A stretch of DNA of 64,000 bases from NCBI GenBank assembly GCA_964633505.1, contig CAZWHC010000001.1:596015-660014 (forward strand). The letters run 5' to 3'. Position numbers and translations under genes: made by a program. The notes beneath the pieces were generated by a model that was not told where the DNA came from, made no database searches, and saw only the letters and a program-made list of their open reading frames with translations. The DNA comes from an uncultured Rikenellaceae bacterium. Its GTDB lineage: Bacteria > Bacteroidota > Bacteroidia > Bacteroidales > VadinHA17. Below are positions 28,688 to 37,177 of the stretch, piece by piece (position 1 is the stretch's first letter; the number at the start of each line of letters is the position of its first letter).

Positions 28688-31600
28688 TTATATTTTTCTT
28701 CATCATCATCGGTTGCAACACCACCAGCCCCACAAAACTGGCCACCAGCCCTGAGATGGTCCCTGCCGCCAGTGCAAACCAGAACCTTTCATCCTTGCCA
28801 GTCAGAAGAAAGGGGATAAGGCCCACGATTGTCGAGAGCTTTGTGAGGATTATAGGGATTATCTTGCCGTTGAAGGCCTTAAGGTAGGCTATCCTTTCGG
28901 GGAGAGCTGGACGCTTACGCCTGATGCTGTTGAAGTCGTTAAGTATATAAAGCGTTGCATTTACAACGATGCCGCACAGGAGTATAAGTGCAGCAAACAC
29001 CCCTTCGTCGGCCGGAATGTTGAAAATATGGAATGTGAGAAAAACTCCCGTGAATGAGAAGGGGATCAGGCTTATAACAACAAAAGGCTGTCTGAATGAC
29101 TCGAGCAGGATGGCACAGATGAAATATATTATCACAATAACAAGGAAAATAAGCAGATAATTGGTTTTCTGCTGTTCCCACGAGTACCTGTAAGTATCGC
29201 TTTGCGCAGAATAGCCAAGAGGCAGGAGGGAATTTGTCTCATCGATGTTCCTGTCGAGTATCAGTTGCCCCAGCTCATAATTGCCTATGAAATCGTATCC
29301 TACTGTGATGACATATTGCTGATCCTCGCGCCTGATGGTGTTGTCTGAAACTTCCCTCGTGATTTTGGAAAAGTCCTTGAGTTTAATGAACTGTCCCTGT
29401 GCAGTTTCAACAGGCTCATTTCTGATGCTCCAGTAATCATAAAGTTCCGACTGCTGCGATTTAATTACGACAGGCGCGGTGATCCCGTTAATATAGGCTG
29501 ACATTGAAGAAGCCGTGCTCCTCGAATATATTCCGGTCTCATTAAACGCCCGGGCAACGCCTGAGTTGCTGCCTGCAAGATAGAATTTATCCATCTCGAG
29601 CCTGTTCCTGTAAACCTTGCGGTTGTTCATTCCGGTAAAAAATCCCCCGTAATTTTCTCCAAGGAGATATACCTCCTTTATCCTTCCCTTGCCGCTTTCG
29701 ACAAGCCTGTCTCTCAAAGCTTCACAGCAGGAGTAAAGCTCATCATAATTATATCCCTTCATCAAAATTCTGTATGTTGTCCGGATATAATCACTGTAAA
29801 CCTCGTTGCTGAAATATTTCCCGACACCGTAAACGGAAGCATGGTAGCTTCCGATTCCGTTCATATAATCCTCAATCTTTATCTTCAGGATATACGGAAA
29901 GATTGTGAAGTCGTGTTCGGGTCTGAACGTTATGGAAACCGTTGCTTCGTTTTCACTGAAAATGCTTGTGGTGAACATGTCTATCTCAGGATATCCTGCA
30001 AGCATATTTTCGAGTCCAATGCAGGTATTGTTCATATCCTCAGTCGTAAGTCCCTCCTCGCTTAACCCTATGTTAACTGTAAGTCTTGTTCGTTGTACCT
30101 CATCGGAACTTCCATACCAGTAGAACCGGCTGCTCTTCACTTTTTCGTTGAAAAGCCTGAATGTTCCTCCCAGTACTTTATTAACTACAGGCTTTATGTC
30201 CTGAACATATTTTTTGTTTCCAAGCGTCTTGTTGTACAGTTTCTGGTATTTATCAGGTTCCTTTTTCGACTGCCGGTCCGTGGTATCTTTCGGGAGTGAA
30301 TCGGGAAGGTAGAAAACAGGAAGGCCGAAAAGCAATATTGCTGCAATTATCAGGATCGCTTTCCTCCTAATTATGAAATCAATAGCTTTCAGGTATTTTT
30401 GAGAGAAGAGTGCAACCCTTCTCTTCCTTTTTATCACCAGGGCATTGAATTTCGGGACCAGTTGAATCTTTTCGAGAAGGGATGGTATGAAAAAAAGGGC
30501 TACCGCAAGGGAGACAGAGAGGTTTATTATTACAACACCTGCAAAATCGGAGAGGGATATTCTTGATGCTTCATCGAGGAAGAAGATGACTGCAAGAGCG
30601 CCTATCGTTGTGAGCGTCGCCGCGAGGAGTGAAATGCCGACTTTCCTGTCCTTCCTGAACCTTATATGGTCGGTCATAACGATTGTATTGTTTATTATTA
30701 TGCCGAACGAGACCGTGATGCCCGCCAGAGAGTAAAGATGTATCTCTAGCCGGAACAGGTAATAAAAAATAAAGGCTATCAGGATATTGGCGACCAGGCT
30801 GATAGAAATTATAAGGAGATATCTGAATTCACGGCTTATGACAAGTACGAAAAGCAGAAGAAGGATCACTGAAAGCACAGCCCTGAAAATGTTCTTCGAG
30901 ATCTCTTCCCTCAGATATGTCGTGTTGTCGACAGATGTTCTTATGCTGTAACCCGGAGGGAGTTCCTTTTTAATGTTCTCGATAATCTCCTTTACCTTTC
31001 CGGCAACTCTTATGTTATTTACATTTTTCCCGGCATTGACATTAATGTTTATTGTATTGAGGCCGTTTATCCTGTAATAGCTCTGGGGGCGTCTGTCTTT
31101 CAGCCTGACAGATGCGATTTCGGCAAGATGGATAATGCGGCCGCCCGCTTTTGCAACAGGGATTTCCTCCCAACGGAATTCCTCCCTGTCGTTGCCGGAA
31201 AGGGTAAGATATGTTCTTTTGCCCGGGCCGGCGGTCTGAAGTTCCATTGCACCTCCAAGTTCCCTTTCGAGAAGGTAGTTGCCGATAGCAGCGCTTATAA
31301 GGGATGGATCTATGCCAAGCGACGAAAGCTTCTGCTGATCATAAACAAGTTCCCACTCGCGGGGTGTTGCGCCATATACATTTACACTGTAGACACCTTC
31401 GGCAACAGCTATGGCCGGCTTGATGACTTCGTCGGCAAGGGTGTAAATATACGACGGGCTTGCATTCCCGTTAAGCTGAAAGGTGAGTATGGGCGATCCC
31501 GAAGTGTTTGACGGCATGTTCATTGCGATTTCGGGATATGAAACCCTGCCGGGAAGTCTCCCGCGCGACTGCCGCAAAAGAGATGCAACTTCGAAACGTT

Positions 31601-31916
31601 TTGCCCGCAGGTCGGTATTCCTGTCGAATTCGACTGTAATGTTTCCTCCGTCGTCGTACGATGAGGAAGATATTTTCTGAACGCCGGCAACAGTTGTCAG
31701 CATGCCTTCGAGGACAGTGGTGACCTCCTGTTCGACGACGCGAACCGGTGCTTCGGGCCAGTTCCATGAGATTGTCAGCGAAGGAAGGTATCTTGTCGGG
31801 TTAAGCTGGAGCGAAAGCAAAGGGATCATTGCCGCACCGACAATGATCAGCATCACAAAAAGGATATTGACAGTGAATGTGGAAAGAAAAGAGCTGTGAT
31901 GAGGTTCGGTGTTCAT
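28644..31916 (-). CDS. RND efflux transporter permease (second, divergent paralog)
   Basis: 1090 aa with full 12-TM RND architecture. It overlaps the adaptor gene by 4 bp. Confidence 0.8.
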   Translation of the reverse strand: MNTEPHHSSFLSTFTVNILFVMLIIVGAAMIPLLSLQLNPTRYLPSLTISWNWPEAPVRVVEQEVTTVLEGMLTTVAGVQKISSSSYDDGGNITVEFDRNTDLRAKRFEVASLLRQSRGRLPGRVSYPEIAMNMPSNTSGSPILTFQLNGNASPSYIYTLADEVIKPAIAVAEGVYSVNVYGATPREWELVYDQQKLSSLGIDPSLISAAIGNYLLERELGGAMELQTAGPGKRTYLTLSGNDREEFRWEEIPVAKAGGRIIHLAEIASVRLKDRRPQSYYRINGLNTININVNAGKNVNNIRVAGKVKEIIENIKKELPPGYSIRTSVDNTTYLREEISKNIFRAVLSVILLLLFVLVISREFRYLLIISISLVANILIAFIFYYLFRLEIHLYSLAGITVSFGIIINNTIVMTDHIRFRKDRKVGISLLAATLTTIGALAVIFFLDEASRISLSDFAGVVIINLSVSLAVALFFIPSLLEKIQLVPKFNALVIKRKRRVALFSQKYLKAIDFIIRRKAILIIAAILLFGLPVFYLPDSLPKDTTDRQSKKEPDKYQKLYNKTLGNKKYVQDIKPVVNKVLGGTFRLFNEKVKSSRFYWYGSSDEVQRTRLTVNIGLSEEGLTTEDMNNTCIGLENMLAGYPEIDMFTTSIFSENEATVSITFRPEHDFTIFPYILKIKIEDYMNGIGSYHASVYGVGKYFSNEVYSDYIRTTYRILMKGYNYDELYSCCEALRDRLVESGKGRIKEVYLLGENYGGFFTGMNNRKVYRNRLEMDKFYLAGSNSGVARAFNETGIYSRSTASSMSAYINGITAPVVIKSQQSELYDYWSIRNEPVETAQGQFIKLKDFSKITREVSDNTIRREDQQYVITVGYDFIGNYELGQLILDRNIDETNSLLPLGYSAQSDTYRYSWEQQKTNYLLIFLVIVIIYFICAILLESFRQPFVVISLIPFSFTGVFLTFHIFNIPADEGVFAALILLCGIVVNATLYILNDFNSIRRKRPALPERIAYLKAFNGKIIPIILTKLSTIVGLIPFLLTGKDERFWFALAAGTISGLVASFVGLVVLQPMMMKKNINHGVTRSKNGVPLF

Positions 31917-32968
31917 TCTTCCTTCACTACTGTTTCATGGGCGAGGTTGACATTCCCGCTGACGATTACTAGATCCCCGGGTTCGAGGCCTTCTTTTATT
32001 GAAACGCTTGTACTGTTCTCAGCTTCGACAGTAACATATTTCCAAATTGCAAGAGTATCCTGCCTTACAAAGATCACGTCTTTCCCCTGGCGTATGACAA
32101 GAGCTTCTTTCGGGACGACCAGGCGGCCGCTGACGGGTTTTCTGATGACTACCTTTACATTCATTCCGTCGATGAGAAGGCCGTTGTTACGAAGTTCCGC
32201 CTTTATCTTTATCATTCCCGTTTCATCGACCTGGGGGTTTATCTGGGTTATCCTTCCGGAAATGAAAGTGCTGTCGTTTATGAAGGGTATAATGCCGACG
32301 GGCATTCCTTTGTTTAAGAAGCTGAATTCCGATTCAATAACCGGAAACTCTACTTCCATGTCCTGATCGTTTATAATTGTACAGAGGTTCTTATAATCCT
32401 GGCTGGGATTCCACTGAAGAGCTTCGAGGTTGGCCACCACGCCTCTTATAGGGGCATGTATGCGTGTATTGCTAAGTTTATATTCGGATAATTTAAGCGC
32501 AGTGATAGCATCGTCGAGGCCGCTACGGGTACGGGTTGTCTTTACTTTTTCATGTGAAAGTTCGGATGTGTCGTAAGTAACGTATTTGCTGTAAAGTTCA
32601 TCCTTAAAGTTTATCTCAGCCTTTGCAAATGTTTGTTTTGCAGTCTCGAGCTGCGACTGGTATTCGAAATCCTCAATGACAGCAAGGAGGTCTCCTGCTT
32701 CTACTTTCTGACCGTTTCGTATCAGGAGTTCTTTAATGATTCCGTTCACTTTAAACGGGACAACAGCTTTTTGTGAGGCATGTACTTTCCCGTTGCTTAT
32801 CAGTTCGTGGTAAAATACAGAAGGTTCAAGTTTTACTGTTTTTACCAGCACTGCCTCGGGCCGCGAAGAGCGGCGTGCTATTTCCTCGAGGTTATCTGTT
32901 GTTTTTGGCTTGCAGGAAAAGATCATTATGATAATCGGAACAAGAATCAGCCGGGACCGGATTTTCAT
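31913..32968 (-). CDS. RND efflux periplasmic adaptor (MFP)
   Basis: 351 aa. Lipobox-like 'IFSC'. The biotinyl-lipoyl/beta-barrel pattern ('GQKVEAGDLLAVIE', 'IHAPIRGVV') is typical of HlyD_D23-type adaptors. Confidence 0.8.
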   Translation of the reverse strand: MKIRSRLILVPIIIMIFSCKPKTTDNLEEIARRSSRPEAVLVKTVKLEPSVFYHELISNGKVHASQKAVVPFKVNGIIKELLIRNGQKVEAGDLLAVIEDFEYQSQLETAKQTFAKAEINFKDELYSKYVTYDTSELSHEKVKTTRTRSGLDDAITALKLSEYKLSNTRIHAPIRGVVANLEALQWNPSQDYKNLCTIINDQDMEVEFPVIESEFSFLNKGMPVGIIPFINDSTFISGRITQINPQVDETGMIKIKAELRNNGLLIDGMNVKVVIRKPVSGRLVVPKEALVIRQGKDVIFVRQDTLAIWKYVTVEAENSTSVSIKEGLEPGDLVIVSGNVNLAHETVVKEE

Positions 32969-33035
32969 GGCAAACTACTTTGGTTAGTCAGGACATTAAC
33001 GAAATTTAAATTTATGTAATAATAATGATAATGAA

Positions 33036-33425
33036 AAGGGGAGGGGACTATTTTTTCGGCAAAAAATCAGCTGGTAAAAAGGCAAAGGGCAGGGAGCGGA
33101 GGGCAGAGGGCAAGAGATGAGATATGAGATTTGAGTAGTGAGGTGGAGATGGGGAGATGGGGAGATGGGGTGATGGGGAGATCCGTCCTTAATTCGTGCA
33201 TCCGTGGCAAATGAAAGTTGGCAGTCGGCAGTTGGCAAAAAAAAGGAGTCAGGAATGAGGTGTGAGGGGTGGGGTCAGGTGTGTGAACTTTGAACCTTGA
33301 ACCTTGAACTTTTAACTTTGAACCTAAATAACCAGCACCCAGCACCGGGCCGAGCGTTAAAAAATGATCCGGTGGATCATTTTAGTGATGGAGCCGGGTT
33401 GTAGGGGAGCAGCACCCGGCACTTG
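33036..33425. repeat. mosaic word-repeat region (largely the reverse complement of 22.2-22.5 kb blocks)
   Basis: Contains the rc copy of 'gccacggatgcacgaattaaagacggatctcccc', plus GGGGAGATGG, TGAGTAGTGAGG, TTGAACCTTGAAC and CCAGCACCCAGC words. Confidence 0.85.
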
Positions 33426-34721
33426 TTATCTTAATATACTTCTCAACGGCTTTATCAGCCTGAATATAAGCCTGCTGTTGTCTGTTATTATATCTGCCGT
33501 TCCGGTCATCTCGTTTATAAAGCCAAGGTTAATTCCATATGTCGATCTCAAACCGTTCACAAGATCAATCTCCGCTATATAATTATCCCCAACGGGTACA
33601 AGCGATAAGGTGCTGATCTTCCCTTTTAGAACTCCATATTCCATGTAAGGAAATCCCGAGAGCTTAATATTAACTTCCTGACCGGTTTTTACTTTTCCGA
33701 GTCCTGATGCCTGAACGTTTGCCCTAACAATTATCCTGCTCGGATCATCAGGAATTACAGTTGCAAGTATTTCTCCTGCCTTTATTACCTGATTGATGTT
33801 CCAGTAACTTGTAAAGGTTATCCTTCCTTTTACCGGACTTTTGATCAGGTATTTCTCTTTCCACTGGTCAATCGCCAGTGAAAGCATCTTAAAGGAATCA
33901 TCGAGGTCGAGCTTATACTGATGCAGTTCCTTTTCAAGCTGTACAAGAAGATCAAGCCTTGTCTCCTTCATCTTCAAAGCCGTTGATTCATTGTTCTTAA
34001 TGGAAGCCCTTAGAGAGCTGTGCGCGGATTTTTTCTGTATCAATGCCTGCTTCGACCTTTCATATTCGCTTAGGGTAACCGAATGCAGTTTACTGTAATA
34101 CAACACCGAATCGCGCTCATAGCTTCGCAAGACTAGATTGAGATCTTCTGCCGACAGCTTCTCCTGGTTTAGAAGCTCTGCAGTGTATTCATTTTGTTTC
34201 CTGATTTGCTGGTCAAGTAGTTTTAGCTTTGAATGAATGTAAGACTGCCTGAGATATTCCCTGAACTGAAAGAAATATGTCAAAAACCGGGAATAGCTTG
34301 TCTGAATTTCACCTATTGACAGTTCTTCAGGCGGAGCATATTTTGTAACATCATTCTGCCAGTCCTGATTGGCTTCAAGAGTGTCAAGAAATGCAACCAG
34401 GGCAAGTATATCATTATATTCGGCAGTATTTTCAATTAATGCCACAGGCTGGTCAGTCACAATATCCGATCCGTTGCTTACGATAAGTTTTTCTATTTTA
34501 CCTCCCGATTTTGCAACCAGCGGGGCAGGGGAGTTATAGGTTGTAATAGTTACAGGAGCAGTAACTACATCCGGATAATTGATAAACCATGTCACCCCGA
34601 GTATAGCCACGATAATGGCAAAAAAGAGAAACAATCCCCATCTCAGGAAGCTTCCCGGGATCTCCGACATTACTTCCTGCAACTCCGGGCTTCGGATTTC
34701 GTGTTTGACGATTTCGGACAT
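33426..34721 (-). CDS. HlyD-family secretion adaptor (bacteriocin/type I exporter partner)
   Basis: 431 aa with an N-terminal TM and a long coiled coil between lipoyl-like halves. It lies directly downstream of the C39-ABC transporter. Confidence 0.8.
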   Translation of the reverse strand: MSEIVKHEIRSPELQEVMSEIPGSFLRWGLFLFFAIIVAILGVTWFINYPDVVTAPVTITTYNSPAPLVAKSGGKIEKLIVSNGSDIVTDQPVALIENTAEYNDILALVAFLDTLEANQDWQNDVTKYAPPEELSIGEIQTSYSRFLTYFFQFREYLRQSYIHSKLKLLDQQIRKQNEYTAELLNQEKLSAEDLNLVLRSYERDSVLYYSKLHSVTLSEYERSKQALIQKKSAHSSLRASIKNNESTALKMKETRLDLLVQLEKELHQYKLDLDDSFKMLSLAIDQWKEKYLIKSPVKGRITFTSYWNINQVIKAGEILATVIPDDPSRIIVRANVQASGLGKVKTGQEVNIKLSGFPYMEYGVLKGKISTLSLVPVGDNYIAEIDLVNGLRSTYGINLGFINEMTGTADIITDNSRLIFRLIKPLRSILR

Positions 34722-34734
34722 AGTCTTTGTCTTA

Positions 34735-34802
34735 TGCGCAGGGCACAGGGCTCAGGGATATTTAGGTTTTGCTCTGTGCTCTGCGCTCTGTGCTCTGTGC
34801 TT
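34735..34802. repeat. word repeats (GCAGGGC / CTCTGTGCTCTGCG)
   Basis: Same word family as the in-frame insert at 36711-36875. Confidence 0.8.
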
Positions 34803-37169
34803 TTAATTTCCCAATTCCAGCTGATCCCTCACCAAATTATAATACGCTCCTTTCTTTTCAACAAGTTCCTTATGTGTTCCGGTTTCGGCTATTTCTCCTT
34901 TTTCAAGAACAACTATCTGATCAGCATTCTTTACCGTACTTAACCGGTGAGCTACAATCACGACTGTTTTTCCTTTGAAGAATGTGCCAAGATTATCCAT
35001 TATTGTCCTTTCGTTTGTTGCATCCAGAGCATTTGTAGCTTCGTCGAAAAAGATAAAATCAGGTTCCTTGTAGACTGCCCTTGCAATCAGAAGTCTTTGC
35101 TTCTGGCCGGTGCTCAGTCCCTGGCCATCGTTCCCGATCCTGGTATTGTATCCCAGAGGAAGACTGTCGATATACTCCTTTATATTTGCAGTCTCTGCCG
35201 CCCTGTCTGTCTTTTCCTTATCGGGCATATCATCGGCAAGACCAATATTACCTGCTATCGAATCGGCGAAGATATAGCCTTCCTGCATCACAACGCCGCA
35301 TCTCTTTCTCCATTCTGCCTGGCTGAACCTTTTAAGGGAAGTACCGTTGAGTGATATCTCTCCTTTTACAGGCTCATAGAATCCCAACATCAGTTTTAAA
35401 AGCGTTGTCTTGCCGCTTCCGCTGATACCGACAATTGCAGTGATCTTTTTCGCAGGAATTGTAAGTGAAACGTTGTTTAGCACTTTTTCGGAATGAGGTC
35501 CTTCGTACTGGAAAACCAGGTTCCTTATTTCAACATCCTTATCAGCAGGAATCTCTCTTATCTTATCATCCTCAGGTTTCTCCTCATCCTCCTTATTATG
35601 GATCTCGCCTAATCGTTCGAGACTTATCCTTGCATCCTGTGCTGCCTGGGTAAAGCCTATGAATTGCTGAATCGGAGCATTAAGCTGTCCGATAATGTAT
35701 TGTATTGCCATCATCATACCGAGGGTCATCTGGCCTTCTATTACAGCTTTAGCTGAAAGGAAGGAGATAAAGATATCCTTGGTTTGGTTTATCAGAACGG
35801 CTCCAAGCTGCTGGTTCTGGTTAAGCATCATGCTTTTCAGGCTCACCTTGAAAAGCTTTATCTGTATCCTTTCCCATTCCCAACGTTTCTGCTTCTCGCA
35901 GCTGTTGAGTTTTATCTCCTGCATACCTGTTACAAGCTGGACTATATTGCTCTGGTTGGCCGCGCTCTGCTGGAAACGTTTGTAGTCGAGCTCTCTCCTT
36001 CGTTTAAGAAAAAGCACCACCCAGCCGATGTACATCGCACTTCCCAGCATGAAAATACCAAGGATCCCAAGATTATATGTTGCCATTATTATCGTGTACA
36101 TAACCAGGGTAATAACAGCAAAAATGATACTTATCAGGGAATCAGTAAGAAAAGTCCTGATCCTGTTATGATCTCCTATTCTTTGCATAATATCGCCGAC
36201 AAGCTTCACATCGAAGAATGAGATCGGGAGCTTCATCAGCTTAATTAGGAAATCAGAAATGAGAGAAATGCTTACCCTGCTTGTTACGTGAAGGCTTATC
36301 CAGTTGCGCAGGAGCCCGTTTGCGGTCTGACTGAGTGTAAGTATAAGCTGGGCAACAAGTACCATCACCACAAATGAAATATTACTGTTTCCAATACCTG
36401 TATCGACTAGCGACTGTGTTAGAAAAGGGAATATAAGACTGATTATGCTGGCAGTGAGCATGCCCAGCATAAGTTGCAGGATGTATTTTGAATAAGGACG
36501 TATATAACCAAGAAGGTAAAGGAAGCTTAGTTTTTGTTTTTCCTCATCTTCCTGTTTATAGAACTCGGGAGTTGGTTCGAGCAATAAAGCTGTTCCCTCA
36601 TCCACCCCGTCGCTTTTGGTGCTGAACCAGCACTTACAAAACTCACGTTCGGTGTATTTAAGAAGACCGGCGGCGGGATCTGCAACATAAACAACATATT
36701 TTGAGTCTTTTTGCCTTGTGCGATTTTGCTCAGGGCTCAGGGCGCAGGGCTCAGAGGAAGAAGGCTCAGGACGCAGTGCGCTGGGCTCAGAGGGCTTTGA
36801 AATCTGCTCAAGGCTTTGGGGTTTTGCTCTGCGCTCTGTGCTCTGAGCTCTTTGCTCTGTGCTCTGCGCTCTGCGCTTCTTGATTTTATACACCACCACG
36901 AAGTGTCTCTGATTCCAGTGCACAATGCACGGTAGTGGCACTTCATCGCAGAGCTGTTCCCATGTGAGTCGGTAGCCTCTTGTACGGAAGCCTATGCTTT
37001 CGGCGGCATCACTGATGCCAAGCATTGAGACTCCCGATTTTGTTATGAATGATTTTGAACGGAGACATTGTAATTGATATGATTTTCCATAATATTTTGC
37101 AACCATGCGAAGGCATGATGGACCGCAATCCATAGAGTCGAGCTGCCTAAAAAGTGGAAACTCAGGCAT
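34803..37169 (-). CDS. C39 peptidase domain-containing ABC transporter (double-glycine leader processing/export)
   Basis: 788 aa. C39 catalytic Cys in 'QLDSMDCGPSCL' and His in 'QRHFVVVY'. Six TM segments. Walker A 'GISGSGKTT', signature 'LSTGQKQR', Walker B 'FIFFDEAT'. Confidence 0.9.
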   Translation of the reverse strand: MPEFPLFRQLDSMDCGPSCLRMVAKYYGKSYQLQCLRSKSFITKSGVSMLGISDAAESIGFRTRGYRLTWEQLCDEVPLPCIVHWNQRHFVVVYKIKKRRAQSTEQRAQSTERRAKPQSLEQISKPSEPSALRPEPSSSEPCALSPEQNRTRQKDSKYVVYVADPAAGLLKYTEREFCKCWFSTKSDGVDEGTALLLEPTPEFYKQEDEEKQKLSFLYLLGYIRPYSKYILQLMLGMLTASIISLIFPFLTQSLVDTGIGNSNISFVVMVLVAQLILTLSQTANGLLRNWISLHVTSRVSISLISDFLIKLMKLPISFFDVKLVGDIMQRIGDHNRIRTFLTDSLISIIFAVITLVMYTIIMATYNLGILGIFMLGSAMYIGWVVLFLKRRRELDYKRFQQSAANQSNIVQLVTGMQEIKLNSCEKQKRWEWERIQIKLFKVSLKSMMLNQNQQLGAVLINQTKDIFISFLSAKAVIEGQMTLGMMMAIQYIIGQLNAPIQQFIGFTQAAQDARISLERLGEIHNKEDEEKPEDDKIREIPADKDVEIRNLVFQYEGPHSEKVLNNVSLTIPAKKITAIVGISGSGKTTLLKLMLGFYEPVKGEISLNGTSLKRFSQAEWRKRCGVVMQEGYIFADSIAGNIGLADDMPDKEKTDRAAETANIKEYIDSLPLGYNTRIGNDGQGLSTGQKQRLLIARAVYKEPDFIFFDEATNALDATNERTIMDNLGTFFKGKTVVIVAHRLSTVKNADQIVVLEKGEIAETGTHKELVEKKGAYYNLVRDQLELGN
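36711..36875. repeat. in-frame low-complexity word-repeat insertion inside the C39 domain
   Basis: About 55 codons ('RAQSTEQRAQSTERRAKPQSLEQ...EPCALSPEQNRTRQ') lie between 'HFVVVYKIKKR' and 'DSKYVVYVADP'. The DNA consists of GCAGAGC/CAGGGC words. Confidence 0.8.
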
Positions 37170-37177
37170 AACCGTTA

